In this document: positions 23,944-38,900 of the stretch, in pieces | Layout of the letters: the number at the start of each line of letters is the position of its first letter | Position numbering within the stretch: the first letter of the stretch is position 1 | Source of the DNA: Adineta vaga | Lineage: Eukaryota > Animalia > Rotifera | Length of the DNA stretch: 64,000 nucleotides | NCBI GenBank assembly: GCA_021613535.1 | Contig: CP075497.1 | Coordinates: forward strand, 5,084,001 to 5,148,000 | Reading direction: 5' to 3' | Translations under genes and position numbers: made by a program | The notes under the pieces: model-generated | The model's input: the letters and a program-made list of their open reading frames with translations, nothing else | Databases searched by the model: none | Told to the model about the DNA's origin: nothing

Positions 23944-26900
23944 TCAGATTCGAAAGACATGTTCATCTTGTTGTGATGAAATATTTGACGTTGATGATGG
24001 TGGACGGTCAACATTAAGTACGAGATCTGTACAACTATCAATAACAGGTAATTCTCGAAGATCAGCAGCTGTTTGAGACGAATTATCATTTTGATTTTGT
24101 GTGAATGATGGTGAACGACGTGAAAATGTATTATTTCCTTTATCAATTGTTTGAACAAATGATTGAACAGTTGATGATGATATTGACGCTGTATCATCGA
24201 TAACAACATCTTCAAGATTAATAATTGAATTATCACGTTGTTTGCTTGCAAAACGAAGAAAAACCTTTGAAAAAGAGATCATAATAATTAGAACAATTTC
24301 GTTGAAAATCTTTTTTCACATACGTGTTCAAGTGTTGTTTGAGATAATGAATAATCCACAACATTCATCAATGATTTATTTCTTTCAATAAATCCAAATA
24401 TTTTCGATAAGGAATATGATTTTGGAATATTATATTCTAATCGTGTTCCATGTTTTTCCTAAACAAAAAACAAAATCTCCTCTAAATCTTCACAAAAAAT
24501 CTAAACTTTGATATCAAACCGTCATAGTTGCATCAGTAAGATATTGTTGAACAATATTTGATGCAACTTGTATGGATGATTCATGTTCAAGACGTAATTT
24601 CAAATAATAACCAGTACCAAATCGATGTTTTAAATGTTGTGGTGTACCAAAACATTTAAATTGACCATTAACCATGATAGCTAAACGTGAACATAAAACA
24701 TCACATTCAGTCATGGAATGTGACGTTAATAATATTGCTTTGTCTTGTTTTTTTGCATTAATTATATTATTCCAAACTATACGACGATTTCCAGGATCTA
24801 AATAAAAATCAATGATTTCTGAAATTCTACTAAAATGATTTTATTACCCATTCCATTTGTTGGTTCATCCTAAAATAGAATACAAATCAATTTATTTTAT
24901 ATCATTCAAATTGTAATAAATATTTACCAATAAAATTAAATCCGGTTGACCTAACATGGCAACAGCAACGGATAATTTTCTAAACGAACAAATTGTTTTT
25001 ATTAATCTTAAAATATTTATTTTCATTTACCTTCTCATTCCTCCACTGTATGTTCGTATAACTCGATTTGCAAATGATTCCATATGAAATTTTCTCAATG
25101 TTAAATTCACCACATGTTCACGATCAGTTATACCAATCAATTTTGCATAACACATTAATGCTTCTCGACTTGTCAGATAACCATCGACAGCATCAAATTG
25201 TGGACAATAACCAATCGAACCGGGATGTTCACGTGCTTGATGACGAATTTGTTTTTCATATAAAAGACAATCTCCACTAGTTGGATGAACATCACCTAAG
25301 AACAAAATTCATCAAATAGATTTCAATTAAATACATTCAAAATAATATATTTACCGGTGATCATTTTGAATGTTGTTGTTTTACCCTAAAAGAATTCGTG
25401 AGAATTATGATGAAGTGAGAAAAAAAAGGATTTATCTTACTGCTCCATTTATTCCCAATAAACCAAAACATTGACCTTTGGATATTCCAAAACATAAATG
25501 ATCAACTGCTAATAATGATTGACCAGTTGCACGTCGAAAAAGTTTTGTTAAATTTTTTGCTTGTAAAATATCATGACTGGTATCATTTCCATACAATACT
25601 CGATGTCGTTCTTCCATGACATCTCGATCAACAGCTGTTTCTGGTGGTGGAATCTAAATAATTCACATATGAAATATTATTTTAATACACTAAAGTACGT
25701 TGAAATTACTTTATAAAAAAAATTTGGTAATCGAAGATCTAGATCAAGTATATATGTTATGATTAATGCAACGAAACCCACGATAATCATTGCTATGATT
25801 CGATCACCAACAAGTGACATTGAAAATGGATTTACATAAAGATCAGCATCGACTGTACGACCAAAATCAGCCATTAATTCATTACGCATTAGATGAACAA
25901 GTCCAGAACCGAGACAATAAGGTGGAAATATAAGAAAGAACCGTGATAATATTGTTTGTGCTCGTACTATTCCAGGTACCCATGCATATAATGTTAACAT
26001 TAAATCAGCTATACAAGTTATCATGCCCGAAAACATCCAAAGACAAAATGCAGCCATAAAAGCTGTACCTGTATCTTTAAAAAGTCGAACTATACAATAA
26101 ACTAATGGTATTGATGACCAGCCGTAAAGAAATAATAAACAAAATATTGCTCGAGTTGTCAGTGCACGAGAATTAAATGCCGATATATTGAATATTTTTA
26201 TTAAAAGCATTGTTAAACTAATTAAAATCAAATAGTAAACTAAATCCCAAATAAATGTTGATACCCAATAAACTAAATACAAATATATTTCATTTAGTTT
26301 CTCATATGATCAATTTCTTACCTATTGGTTTAACACCACAAATAAACATTAAACGTTTTTCTTGTGTTACATATTCTCTTACAAGATAAAGAATAACAGC
26401 AGCTGGTACAAATGAATATGCGCAAAGAACAGTTATTGCAACACCAAAATCCGATATACGTTGTTCAAGTGATTGTTGAGATAATAGATCACTATTCAAT
26501 GTAAATGGATGACTATAAGTTGATATACCAAATTTTTCAGCTGTTTTAGGATCCGATGTTTTCGAACGAAGAATCAAATTATTCATAACATTTAAATAGG
26601 ATGGTAAGGCATGATAACCTAAAAGAACAGAAAAGAATATCTTTTTGTTGTATGAGAGATTCAAAATTATCTTTAGAATACCTTTATTATTGAACCAAAC
26701 TAATGCGTGACTTCGATTATGATAATCATCTTCAATTTGTTCACCAAATGTTAAACCACCATAGCTAAAAAATTAACGAATATTTTTATCATGCAGAAAA
26801 AGAATAAGTTGATTTCATACCGATTATCAGTGAATGCATGATGACTTTTCAGTAAATATTCATTCAATGGAAAATTGTTCATATCATATAACTAGAAATA

Positions 26901-29900
26901 AATCAATAAATAGAAATTTAGTTTTTACAAAATATATTTTTCAAACGAACCACAATGCCAGATTTTGTCTTTCGTGTTGGTGGTCGTCCAAATGAGTCTG
27001 CTGGACAAATCTAATCATTAATGAATGGTAAATATCGAAAGATAAGAAAAAAAAACCGAAGTAGTTCAATTGTTACTTGTAATGCTTTTGTAAAACAGTC
27101 CGAACATCGTGCATATTGATTATAATCTGTTGAATCGGGTGGTACATAAAAATTCTTATCTCCTTCTCCACATTTATACGGTCCTTTCGTAGATGCTGGT
27201 GGTGCATCTTTCATACAAGTTGTGCCAATATTTGGATATGAACTATTTCTTAGTCGATCATCAAGACGTCGTGCAATTGGATCATTACTATTGAATAACC
27301 TGAAATAGAGTAAATTATTTTTAGCAAAAAAGAAAAAGAGAAAAAAATTGAAATTTTTCGCTTCAAGAATAAAAATAATTATGAAGTTAGGAATGTAAAA
27401 AAAAATATTTCTCGCCAAATTTCAATCGAAAAAGAAAAACCAAGGAAATTATATGTTTCTTATAGAAGTCAACAACAACAACAACAACAACAACAGCAAT
27501 ATCTTCCATCAAGATCTAATTTGTTTGCGTTTTTTGTTGGTAGATAAGTACATATGCTGCTTTACTGATCACACTATCTTCACTAATATCTGATACATAT
27601 GAATCATCAAATGAATGCCATTTTCTATCAACAGAATTCTTAGCATGCGCTGTATAATGTCCACCACCTAATCCACCCATATGATTACTAACACCAATTA
27701 AATCGTATTTCGCTGTGCTTTTTTCACTTGAATTTAAGACGAATTGTGAAAGATCTAATTCACGTAACGGACAATCAATGAAAGTATCGATTTTATCGCG
27801 ATAATAACGTGTATAATTAAAACGTTTCAATTGAACGATAAGAATTTTCGGTAATAACCATAAATCAAACTTTTTTGTTGCTTTTTTCAATTGTTTACAA
27901 TTTGGACAACTCCAAAGATCATTATCGGATAAAGTTTCTTTCGTAGTAAAATATCGAAAGCAATCTAATAAAGTCGTTACTCGTTTTGGTTGACCATCTT
28001 TTCGATTGTTATTCTCAGTTAATAGACGTTGATTTTTTTCATCTTCCTCTCGTCTGTCTTCTTGTTGTTTTTTATATAAATCGACAACCGTTGATGAAAC
28101 TTCCACAACCAGTTCCACATTCATACGACCGAAGTCAATTGGTTCATCCAGATAATTGGATAATAATTTCAATTGTTGATGATAATTTTGACTTGTTTGT
28201 AACGACGCAGTATACAATGGTTTATCCGATGATTTAACGGAAGATAATGGAAGAAAATTTCCAATAACTTTCTAAAAAATATCGAAAGATTGAATTGAAT
28301 TTTTTTAAGAAAACAAAATATCTTTAATTTTACCTGTAAAGCATCTTGAACATGTTTTCCAGTACAATTCTTTCTCGGCACAGACAAATAAATAGGTAAA
28401 CCAAAGTTTTGACGATAGTTTCCTTCTCGAAATGTACATGGCATTAAAATATTTTCTTTTTTTTCACCTGTTATTGGATCAGGAACTTCAAAGAAGACAA
28501 CTTGATCACGATCCAGAATACGTGTTAGAGGAGTATTGTCATTATATTGTAAATGTATTCGATGATTATAAACTTCCGCAGAGAGAATATAATCTGGTTT
28601 AGGTTGATGTCCATCAAAATCTGCTGCCTTTGTTAAATCTTCTTCATCATCTTCTTCATTATTTTCATCTGGATAGGCGGCATCTTTCGATTCTGATTGA
28701 TCTCCAATATCCATCGGTTTTTCTTGATTAGTTTTTTTCTCTTTTGGCTGAAAACGACTACAAAATGCGTCAACTAAATTCGATACTCGACTGTGTTCAT
28801 CTATTTTAATATGATACGATTTAATTTGTCCATTAATACGAACATAATCGATTTTATACGTTCGAATCTTTTTCTTATTTGGTAATGGTAAACTTAGAAA
28901 ACAGATTGGATCAAATGTACGTGCTTTTGTTTGACATGTTAAACATTGTACAACTGATTTGATTTGTCCATGAAAAAGTTCATGAATCTTTGATTGATTT
29001 CGTTTTCGATAGTATTCCCAATCTTGTGCTGCTAATGCTGCATCGTCTAATGTACCATCGTCATCTTTTTTCTCGACATATGGTTTTTGTTTTACAAGAT
29101 TTAAATCTTCATGTAAACCATCGAGTAAAAATGACATAAATTCTTGTGAATCTTGTTGAGCATAACCACTAAATTGTGGTGCATATCGTGCAACGTTATG
29201 TTTTAAAGATTTTGGTGCGCAATAACTTGTTTTGCCTGACCACATTTCATGAATCAATTCACCATATGCTTGAGCAACATCACCTTTCATACCTAATGGA
29301 TTATTTCGATTGATATGTTCTCTATACTCATCGTCAAAAAAATACTTGGTTAATTCTGGAACATTGGATAAACATTGCAAAGCTGAATTCATAAAACATG
29401 TATTACCCAAATTTGTTAAACCACAAAGTCCTTGAACATATAGTGTTCTTGATGAATTAGCACTTCGTATAGCCAATGGTTTCGATTCATATATGATATA
29501 CGCATCTTTGATTAAATCAATATCTTCGAGAACTGCATCGAATGGTTCATCGATCACTTCCCAATTCGAACCTTGCTCATTAGTAGATGCATATAAATAA
29601 TGGTTTGAGGTTTCCAAAATATTGAATTCATTACATATAGTTTTTTTTAAATCTTCTAATTTTGTTCGACGACTACGATAGATTTGTCTGCACTTTGCAT
29701 TGGCTGCTCGTGATTCACGAAGTCGTAATGGTATAAGAAATGTTTCGATTACAGCATCAAAATAATTGCCTTGTTTAACAGCTTTTCGAACAATTTCAGT
29801 ACCATTTTTTTTATGTGTTTCCAATAGATTCTCAAAAAGTTCGTAAGGTATAAATGTATAATCATTGCCTTCAACAGCATCTGCGCGAAGTTGAATGTTT

Positions 29901-32900
29901 TGTGGATGATTATCTTTTGAGTGAACTGCTAATTTAGTGAAATCTATCTCACCAGGATCTGTAACAACTTGTTCATGGGATTCTTCCAGTCCAACAAAAC
30001 GCTTCCAATGTTCCAACCATTTGGCATCAATAATCACATATTTATCACCAATTTGTGGTTCCTTAGAGAGCCATTTTTTATATTTTTCTAACTGCTCGGC
30101 TGGCATCGTTGTATTGACTAGTTTTCTTTTTTTGTTTAATAAAATACTCAAGAAATTCGTGGTGAAAAATTATTCAGAAACGACACGAACGGCAAATGAC
30201 TAAGGTAAAAAGTGTCGTCGTGTTTTCGATACCGACAATATTTAGTCAAAGAATCGGTGAAAAAAACCAACCGCAAATATTTGCATAGTGCAGAAAACGT
30301 TCGTATTACTCAGCATAATGCATAAGAAGAAAAACAACATGAATTTCATCACAATGTCATCATTACAACTTCCGTGGAAGCTAGGCAATTTTTTTAGAAG
30401 AATCTTTTCTTATTTTTATCATGGATCATCAATCTCATAGAGAGAGAAAGATTGAGAGAATCAGAACTAATGCAATTTGACAAGATGCATAGATGACTCG
30501 ATTGGGTAATCTATGGAAAGAAGAAGTATCGCATAGTAAGTAATGTAATATTTTGTTGTCTTTCCTTTGCTCATTCAATCTCATCATTTCAAATAGATAA
30601 AAAATGATCGGTGGTGTTTTTATCTATAATCACAAAGGAGAAGTACTGATTTCGGTAAATCTAAATTTGATTTTCCTATTACGAAAGAATGATTTTTTGA
30701 AAATTCCATTTTAGCGTGTTTATCGTGATGATATTGGCAGAAATGCTGTCGATGCATTTCGTGTTAATGTTATTCATGCTCGACAACAATCACGTTTTCC
30801 GGTTGTTAACATAGCACGAACAAGTTTTTTCTATACAAAACGTTCCAATATTTGGTTATGTGCTGTTGCAAAACAAAACATTAATGCAGCTATGGTCTTT
30901 GAATTCTTAAATAAAATGATTGAGATCATGCAATCTTATTTTGGTAAAATCAGTGAAGAGAATGTTAAAAATAATTTTGTTCTAATCTATGAATTATTGG
31001 ATGAAATACTTGATTTTGGTTATCCACAAAATAGTGATACAGGTGTATTGAAATCTTTTATCACTCAACAAGGTGTTCGACCAGTAACACGAGAAGAACA
31101 AACTAATGTAACTGCAGCTGTCACTGGACAAATTGGTTGGCGTCGTGAAGGTATTAAATATCGTCGAAATGAATTGTTTCTTGATGTTATCGAATCAGTC
31201 AATTTACTTATGTCTCAACAAGGTCAAGTTCTAAGTACACATGTAGCTGGTCGTGTAGTCATGAAAAGTTATTTATCGGGTATGCCCGAATGTAAATTCG
31301 GTATTAATGATAAAATAACTGTTGACAATCGTACAAAAAATTCAACAGATTCAACGAATCCAAATAATAATACAACAAATGGTTCAACAAATCCAACAAC
31401 AACAAAAACAGCAATTGCTATTGATGATTGTCAATTTCATCAATGTGTTAAATTATCAAAATTCGAATCGGAACATTCAATTTCATTTATTCCACCTGAT
31501 GGCGAATTTGAATTAATGCGTTATCGTACAACAAAAGATATTAGTTTACCATTTCGTGTTATTCCTCTAGTAAGAGAAATAGGTCGAACAAAGATGGAAG
31601 TTAAAGTTGTAGTCAAATCCAATTTTAAACCAACATTAATTGGACAAAAAATTGAAATACGCATACCTATTCCACCAAATACCTGTGATGTACAATTATT
31701 ATGCATGAAAGGTAAAGCAAAACATAAAGCATCGGACAATGCCATCGTTTGGAAAATGAAACGTATGGGTGGAATGAAGGAATCACAATTAAGTGCAGAA
31801 ATTGAATTAACTCCTAATGACAAGAAAAAATGGAATCGTCCACCCATATCAATGAATTTCGAAGTACCATTTGCGCCGTCAGGTTTTAAAGTTCGATATC
31901 TTAAAGTTTTCGAACATAAATTGAATTATTCCGATTCGGAAACAATTAAATGGGTAAGATATATCGGTAAAAGTGGCTTATATGAAACACGTAGTTGATC
32001 AATCAAAATCAGACAAAAAACATTTATTTTTCATTGTACAACTTCAGTGTTGTTTATTAATTCTTCCCTTTACATTTCAATCGATAGTCAAATTCATTCC
32101 GTGCTTGTTTTCTATTTCTTAGTCGATCTCTCTCCCTCTCTGTTCTCACCTCTCTATGTAATTTCTTTTCTTTTTCTTTCACTATTTATAATAATATGTA
32201 TGTATGTATGTATAACTTACTTAACAAACATTGCTGATTGATCATACATTGCTGGAGTTAATAACCATGGCCGTTGGAAGATTTGAGATGGACGTACCAG
32301 TGTAAAACCCATGGACATTGCAACAAATACCAGTGGAAGGATAAGATGTGAAAGAAAAACTTTCCAATTACGTTTTGTATGATGAAAACGTTTTAATAAT
32401 AAAGTTTGAAATTGATGGAAATATAGTTTACGACCCATAACTCGAGCAGGTCTTGTTAAAGGTGCAAGAGTTACATTAGATGTTGTAGGTAAATGAGCTG
32501 TACTGCTACTAATCGTTGATATACCTTAATAGAGAGAGAATAATGAAGATAAATTTGCACCATTAATTATGACATTTTTCATCAGTTAAATTAGATTGAT
32601 ATGTTGTTTATAGAGTGAGAATGTTTGCTTAACTAATCGAACTTCCGATTTCTTTTTTGTTACTTCTAAAAACTCGCTTCCTCAGAATTAATTCACTATA
32701 CTAGATTTTCAGGAATTCTACATGAGTGATCAGAAAACAGTAATCGTCTTATCCAATTAGAATATTCAATGATAGGTCAATGTATTTGCAGTAGAATAAA
32801 TCTTTTCTATTCAATCAACATACCATCCATAGTTGCATTGGATTCTCCACCTAGACCACTATCATCACTTCGAGCAGATGAAAAAGGTGTTTGGTCAATG

Positions 32901-35900
32901 ATAATTTTCGGTATTGTTGCATTATCATTTGATTCATCCATTTTTCCTTGATCAGCTAATTCTGTTACCCAGAGAAAAACTTCTTCAAGTGTCGTATCTG
33001 ATATTCCATAATTTCCAATAGCTAAACGTTCTTTACTAAGTTCAAGTTGTTTAAAAAGACTTTCAAATTTATGTCGTTGTTCATGTTTAAATGAATATGT
33101 TATTTCACTTCCAATATGTTCTCGAAGTGTAGCATCAGGCATTTCTTGTAAGATGAATGTATTCACGTCTTTAAATTGTTTACTTTCTGCAATAAAAGAA
33201 GAAAATGATAATCAAATTCAATGATATTTGTGTTATATAATCTTTACTTACCCACAACTTTCATTTTATTATTCATTTTAAGTTTTAAATCAATTGTTAA
33301 ACTATAACCTCGACCAAAACGTTTCTTTAAAAACATGGATGAACCACTGCATAATAAACGACCTAGAAGAAAAAAAGAAGTTGATTTCAAAGGCTAATCT
33401 CTTTTCTTATCTTTAACTAACCTTGATGAATAATAGCAATTCGATCACTTAAAGTATCTGCTTCATCAAGATAATGTGTTGTTAAGAGAATTGTTCTTCC
33501 AGTTCTATGTTTAAATATAACTTCCCAAATACTTCGTCTTGCACATGGATCAACACCTGACGTTGGTTCATCAAGAATAACTGTTCTTGATCCAGCAACA
33601 AATGCGATACTAACTGAAACTCTTCGTCTTACACCACCAGATAATGATGACACAGGTTCATGTTGAAAGATCCATAAACCCATACTACTCAGTAATCTAT
33701 TCATAAAATAACTTCAAATAAAAACTTAATTAATACGATTGAACTTACTCATTTATATCTCGATCTAATTCTTTTGAACTCATATTTCCTTTCAAGCGAC
33801 CATAAAATTGTAGATGTTCTCGAACAGTCATAAAATCAAATAGAATATCTTCTTGTGGACATAAACCCACATTTTTTCGGATTTGTTCATATTCCGTTGT
33901 TATATCTCGTCCATAAATACTTGCTGTACCATTTGTCGGAGGATAAATTCCTGTTAAAACATTAATTGTTGTTGTCTAAAAATGCAATCAAAGTAAGAAA
34001 TTGATGATCGGAACAGAATCTCTTTACTTTTCCAGCCCCATTATGTCCAAGCAGTGCAGTTATTTGATTTTCATAAAGTTTTAAAGATAGATTTTCTACT
34101 GCTTTCTTTTTATCACTATAATGTTTTGATAAATTTTCAAATGAAATTCCAACTTGTAAATCAGTTGGTTCCTGTTCGTTATTTGGATCAATTTCTAGAA
34201 AAAAACAAAGATTCAAATGAAATTATATTCTCAGTTTTTTTCTTTCTTACGTTTCATTCGAACAGTAAATGGATTTGGTTGATGATCACGTTCAATATGA
34301 AATGATGAATTTAAACCATCATGAAACTGAGCTCTTCTCTTCCAAAAACACCATGTTGATGGTAAACATGGAAACCATAATGGTTTCGTTCGAGCATTTT
34401 TACCCGGTAAAACTGAACGAATATATTTGCCAACTAAACCATAAATTATTGAATCAACTAACATCATTACACAAGCAATGCCAAAACTCATTTGATCATT
34501 TGGAAATATCGTTTTAAAAACTGTATTCCATTGAATACCTTCACCTTGATATTCAAAACGAGTTAAATATATCGATGCATAACCAAATGCTGTAGCACTA
34601 GACAAACTCTAGATAAAAAAGAGAGATTTAATGAAAATTATCGATCTCAAAAGAATTGATTTCAATCAACATACGATGAGTAATTTATGACCTAATTGCA
34701 TTTTTGTTTCAAGAAACATAACAAGAATAAATGGAAGATACGAAATGAAATAAATCAAAATGCCGCATAGTGTTGCTAGATTTGCTTTAGTAAAAAACGC
34801 ACTCACTAAATATCTAAAACATTTCCAATCAAATAATTTCAATTAACATTCAAAACAATTTCATTCACAAACCCGAGCATTAATGCTGACAAAGCTAAAG
34901 TTAGTAATGGTGCTATTGTGACAGTTAGATCTGATGCAGGATAGATTCCACCATATTTGAGAACGACTAGAATACAAACGATTTCAATTTCGAAAGACGT
35001 ATATTCTTCAAATTTATACCAGCAACAATAATTGAAACAATAACCATTGGTATAAATGAAGTTATTAACCAAGCAATAAAATTAATAGTAGAATTAAGTC
35101 CCATAATTTTCATTGTCTAATAACAAAACTTCTTTTTTTACTTAACTATAAAAATTTGTGATCATTACCTGTTCTACATTTCTTTCACGTTCACGCATTA
35201 GATTTTTTATCGATACACCCAATGTTGCTAAATAGTACAATACTTATTCTAATCAAAACTCAAGTATAGATCTCTACCTGTCCACATTAATGTTCCCAAA
35301 ATGGGTAAGATAAAATAATTCACATACGATGACTCTTTTCCACTAAATTGAAGAAACTATGCAATCGAAATTCATTTAAAAAATACAAACTTACGGATCA
35401 CCACGATAACATGGATATGGCATCAATTGCATATATACAACTGGATTTGTTGATGGTTTACCTGTATCTTCAAAGTGTAAATCGATCACTGCTCGTTCAA
35501 TTAAATCTTGTAATTGTATAAAACCACGTAAATAATGCATTTCACGAAAATAATCATTTTCCGGACCAGGAAAAAACAACCAACTTGTTAATTGTTCAGT
35601 TGTTCGTACACTATCTACATCCATACGAATTTTAATATGAATATGTGGTGGAAGAAAATTTGCATTTGGATTCGAACTATTTAAATTCGAGAAGACAATA
35701 CCTATGAATTTTTATCAAGAGATAAATCAAAAATTTGTTCGAGATAGTAAGAATGCTTTTTAATTACCAGCAATGACCATTCGATTTCGATGAAGTTCTT
35801 TTGCACGTTCAACAAGTTCATTTTCTGATTGAAGTGCTTCAAATCGATTTAATTCAATACATGGTAAATAATCACTAAATTGTTTCATAATAACTTCAAT

Positions 35901-38900
35901 ATTTTTCAAAACATCAACATTAGTTGTACCACCGAAATTATCTAACATTGATGTTATTGATTGAATATCAATTACATCCATTCCAATGATATTACTAAAT
36001 AATTCTTGAAAGAAATGATTCGATAAAACTTTCTAAAAGTAAAATTATCAATAAGAACTAATCGAACTCAAAATAAAAAGATTTGTTTACCTTAATATTA
36101 TTGGTATTTTGTAGATTGCCTAGTAGAGCCGTTAAATTTAGTGGTGAATTAACCCAAGTTTTAGCAAATTGATGAATTTTATCTAATTCTTCAAATGTTT
36201 TATTAACCTTAAAACGAAAAAATCATGATCTACAATTCAAAACTATTCAATTCTACCTTTGCAATAATTGCATTTGCAACAGGAGTAGCTGGTGCATATA
36301 AAATCTTTCCCATAATCAATGGTTTAATCAATGGCCAGACAATATAACCTACATCACTACTTTGTTCAATACTTCGTCGAATATCCGAACAATCAACTTT
36401 ATTATCTAAATATACGATATTTGAAATAAGTTTAATTAAAAGATTTTCTTTGTTAAACCTTCTTCAATCGATTCTGAAACACGTTGATGTATTGTTGTTT
36501 CTGTTTCATTAGTTTTCTTTAATCCATCTTTATTTTGTTCCGTAAAAACTTCTTCATCATATACTTGTCGTTGCGGATTAGATGGCTTATCAATTTCTGC
36601 ACAAAATATATTCGTTATTTTAGCAAATTGATCTTGATCTAAAGAAATTGAATTCAATTAGTTTGTATTTTTCTTTTTCTTTCACATTATTTCTTACTTC
36701 CTGATGTATCTTCTTGTGGATTTAATCGTTTAACACGTTTTAATAATTCATTAACATCATTAACAATTGGACCCACTTGTTTGAAAATACCGATTTCTTT
36801 TTCATCCATATTGACTAAATCAACTATATATCGACCACCATTTTTAACAAACTTAAGAGAAATAGACGATAAAAAAAACATGATATGAAAGAGAAATATT
36901 CTTTTACCATTTGTAATTTGTCAGGTATGAGAAGATGTTTCATGAATGATTTCAAAAGATTCGTTTGATTTTCTAATGACATTTCACATAGATATTTAGA
37001 TAATTTTTTTACATCAAATTTTTCATGAAATTGTAGATAAGGCCACGTTTTATAGATAGTTGTATTTAATAAATCAACATTGCAAACTGTTTTCTGATAA
37101 TCGGCATAGAGATTGAATAATATCTAAAAATAACAGAATAAAATGTATCGAATGTAAAAAAGAATATTGAATAAACTAACGATTGGATCTTTGAAAAGTC
37201 GAGCTTGTTCTAAAAGTTGAATAGTTAACGTAGGAAATCCATAATCACGTCGAAGTTTGTTTAAAATAAATGTAAAATTTTTGAACACATCTCTCAAAGG
37301 TACTAACAATAAAAATAAAATGAAAATTTGTTTTTCATTCCCTTGTTCAATCTACTTACATCCATTTAGATTTTCTTGTAAAATAATACTTAATTCATGG
37401 ATTGTTTGAAGACCATCAATAATCGATAGGATCATTTTTTGCATATTTTCATCCGGTAATGCCCAGAAATATTTCTCAACCAAATGTGAAACACTAAATC
37501 AAACCAAACAAAGATGTATTCTTATTTTCAAATACATCAAACTTTTCGTTTACTTCGATCTTAATGCGTCGAATTTTGGAAGATGAGTTGTAAAATTCAT
37601 GAATAGTTTATAGATTTCAATCGGTGATACTTCTTGTTGATTAATACCATTGACAAGTTCCATTAACCATTGATGTTCATTAATTAATTGTTCGAAATCT
37701 GCTTTCATAAATGGCATTTCATTAATTAAACGTTCAATATCCAATCCATTATATTTCTACGAAATTCAAATTTAGTTTTCGAAAACTTCTTCTTCTTAAC
37801 TTACTTTCATTTCTATTGGTTTACCATATTGTTCAATAAATTGTTGATAAGTTTGATTGTAGAGAAGTTCACTTCGACATAAAGTCCATTCTAATGTATC
37901 CGGTGAATCATGAAATGAAACCGCATATTTTTTTATTTGATTTTGATCACAAAAGATGTTTTTCAATTCACCCGGTGAATTTAATTGACCCTTTAAAAGT
38001 TACAAAGAAAAAATTCATTTCTTTTTCTTTTCATTCGAATTCAATTCTTTACCAATCTTGTATTGAAATACCATTGATTCAATGATGGTATACTTCGATT
38101 CTGTTGTAAAAACAATGTGAAATTATTGGCATCTTCAATCATATCATTGATTTGAACGAATTTAAATGTATTTTGAGAAAATATCGGTGCAAATATTTGA
38201 ATTAATGGTGTTATTTGTCTAATCGATTGAAGAATTGACATATCACCAAATATAAAACGAAATAGACCAGGTAGAATTTTTAAACGTTCAAGTGTTTGTA
38301 AAATTGTTTGTTTTAAACAATCAATTGTATCGAGAGTAATAGTATTATGTTGCATAATTTGAGCTAAATTTTGATAAACTTGAATGTTTTTCACAACATC
38401 AACAATCAATGAACAACTGAATTTTGCTTGGAAACCGTTTTGAATCAATTCACGAATCTTAAATAAGAAATGAATTGTTCAATATCTCGATTTCATTTTC
38501 ATTTACTTACTAATCCGACTGTTTTATTTAAACGAAGAAATTGAGAAATTTCGGCATAATCACTATTTGGATTTTGTACACAACGAATACGATTTGTTGA
38601 GGTTATGATTGTCATAAATGTATTAACTAATTCCAGTAAACGTCCAATGCCGAATATATAATTCAGAACTGGATCATTCGGAATCAAATTAATCAATGGT
38701 TCTAAACAAAGAAATTCGAGAGTTTCCGGAGAAAATGAATTGAACATTTTGACAAAATCAGGAATCATTTCCAAAGGAGAATCCGATGTTTGAGATTTAC
38801 CAAGAAGACCAGATAAAATGTTCAATTGCTACAGAGAAATCAAATCAGAAAAATAACAAAAAGAAATTTCAACTTACACGTTTTTGTCGTTTAACCCATC

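Noticed and set aside
31521-31847. Antisense ORFs over AP2M1 (and similarly over CCT7, CK1-gamma and USP)
   Set aside because: They are shadow frames of conserved coding sequence with no independent motifs.
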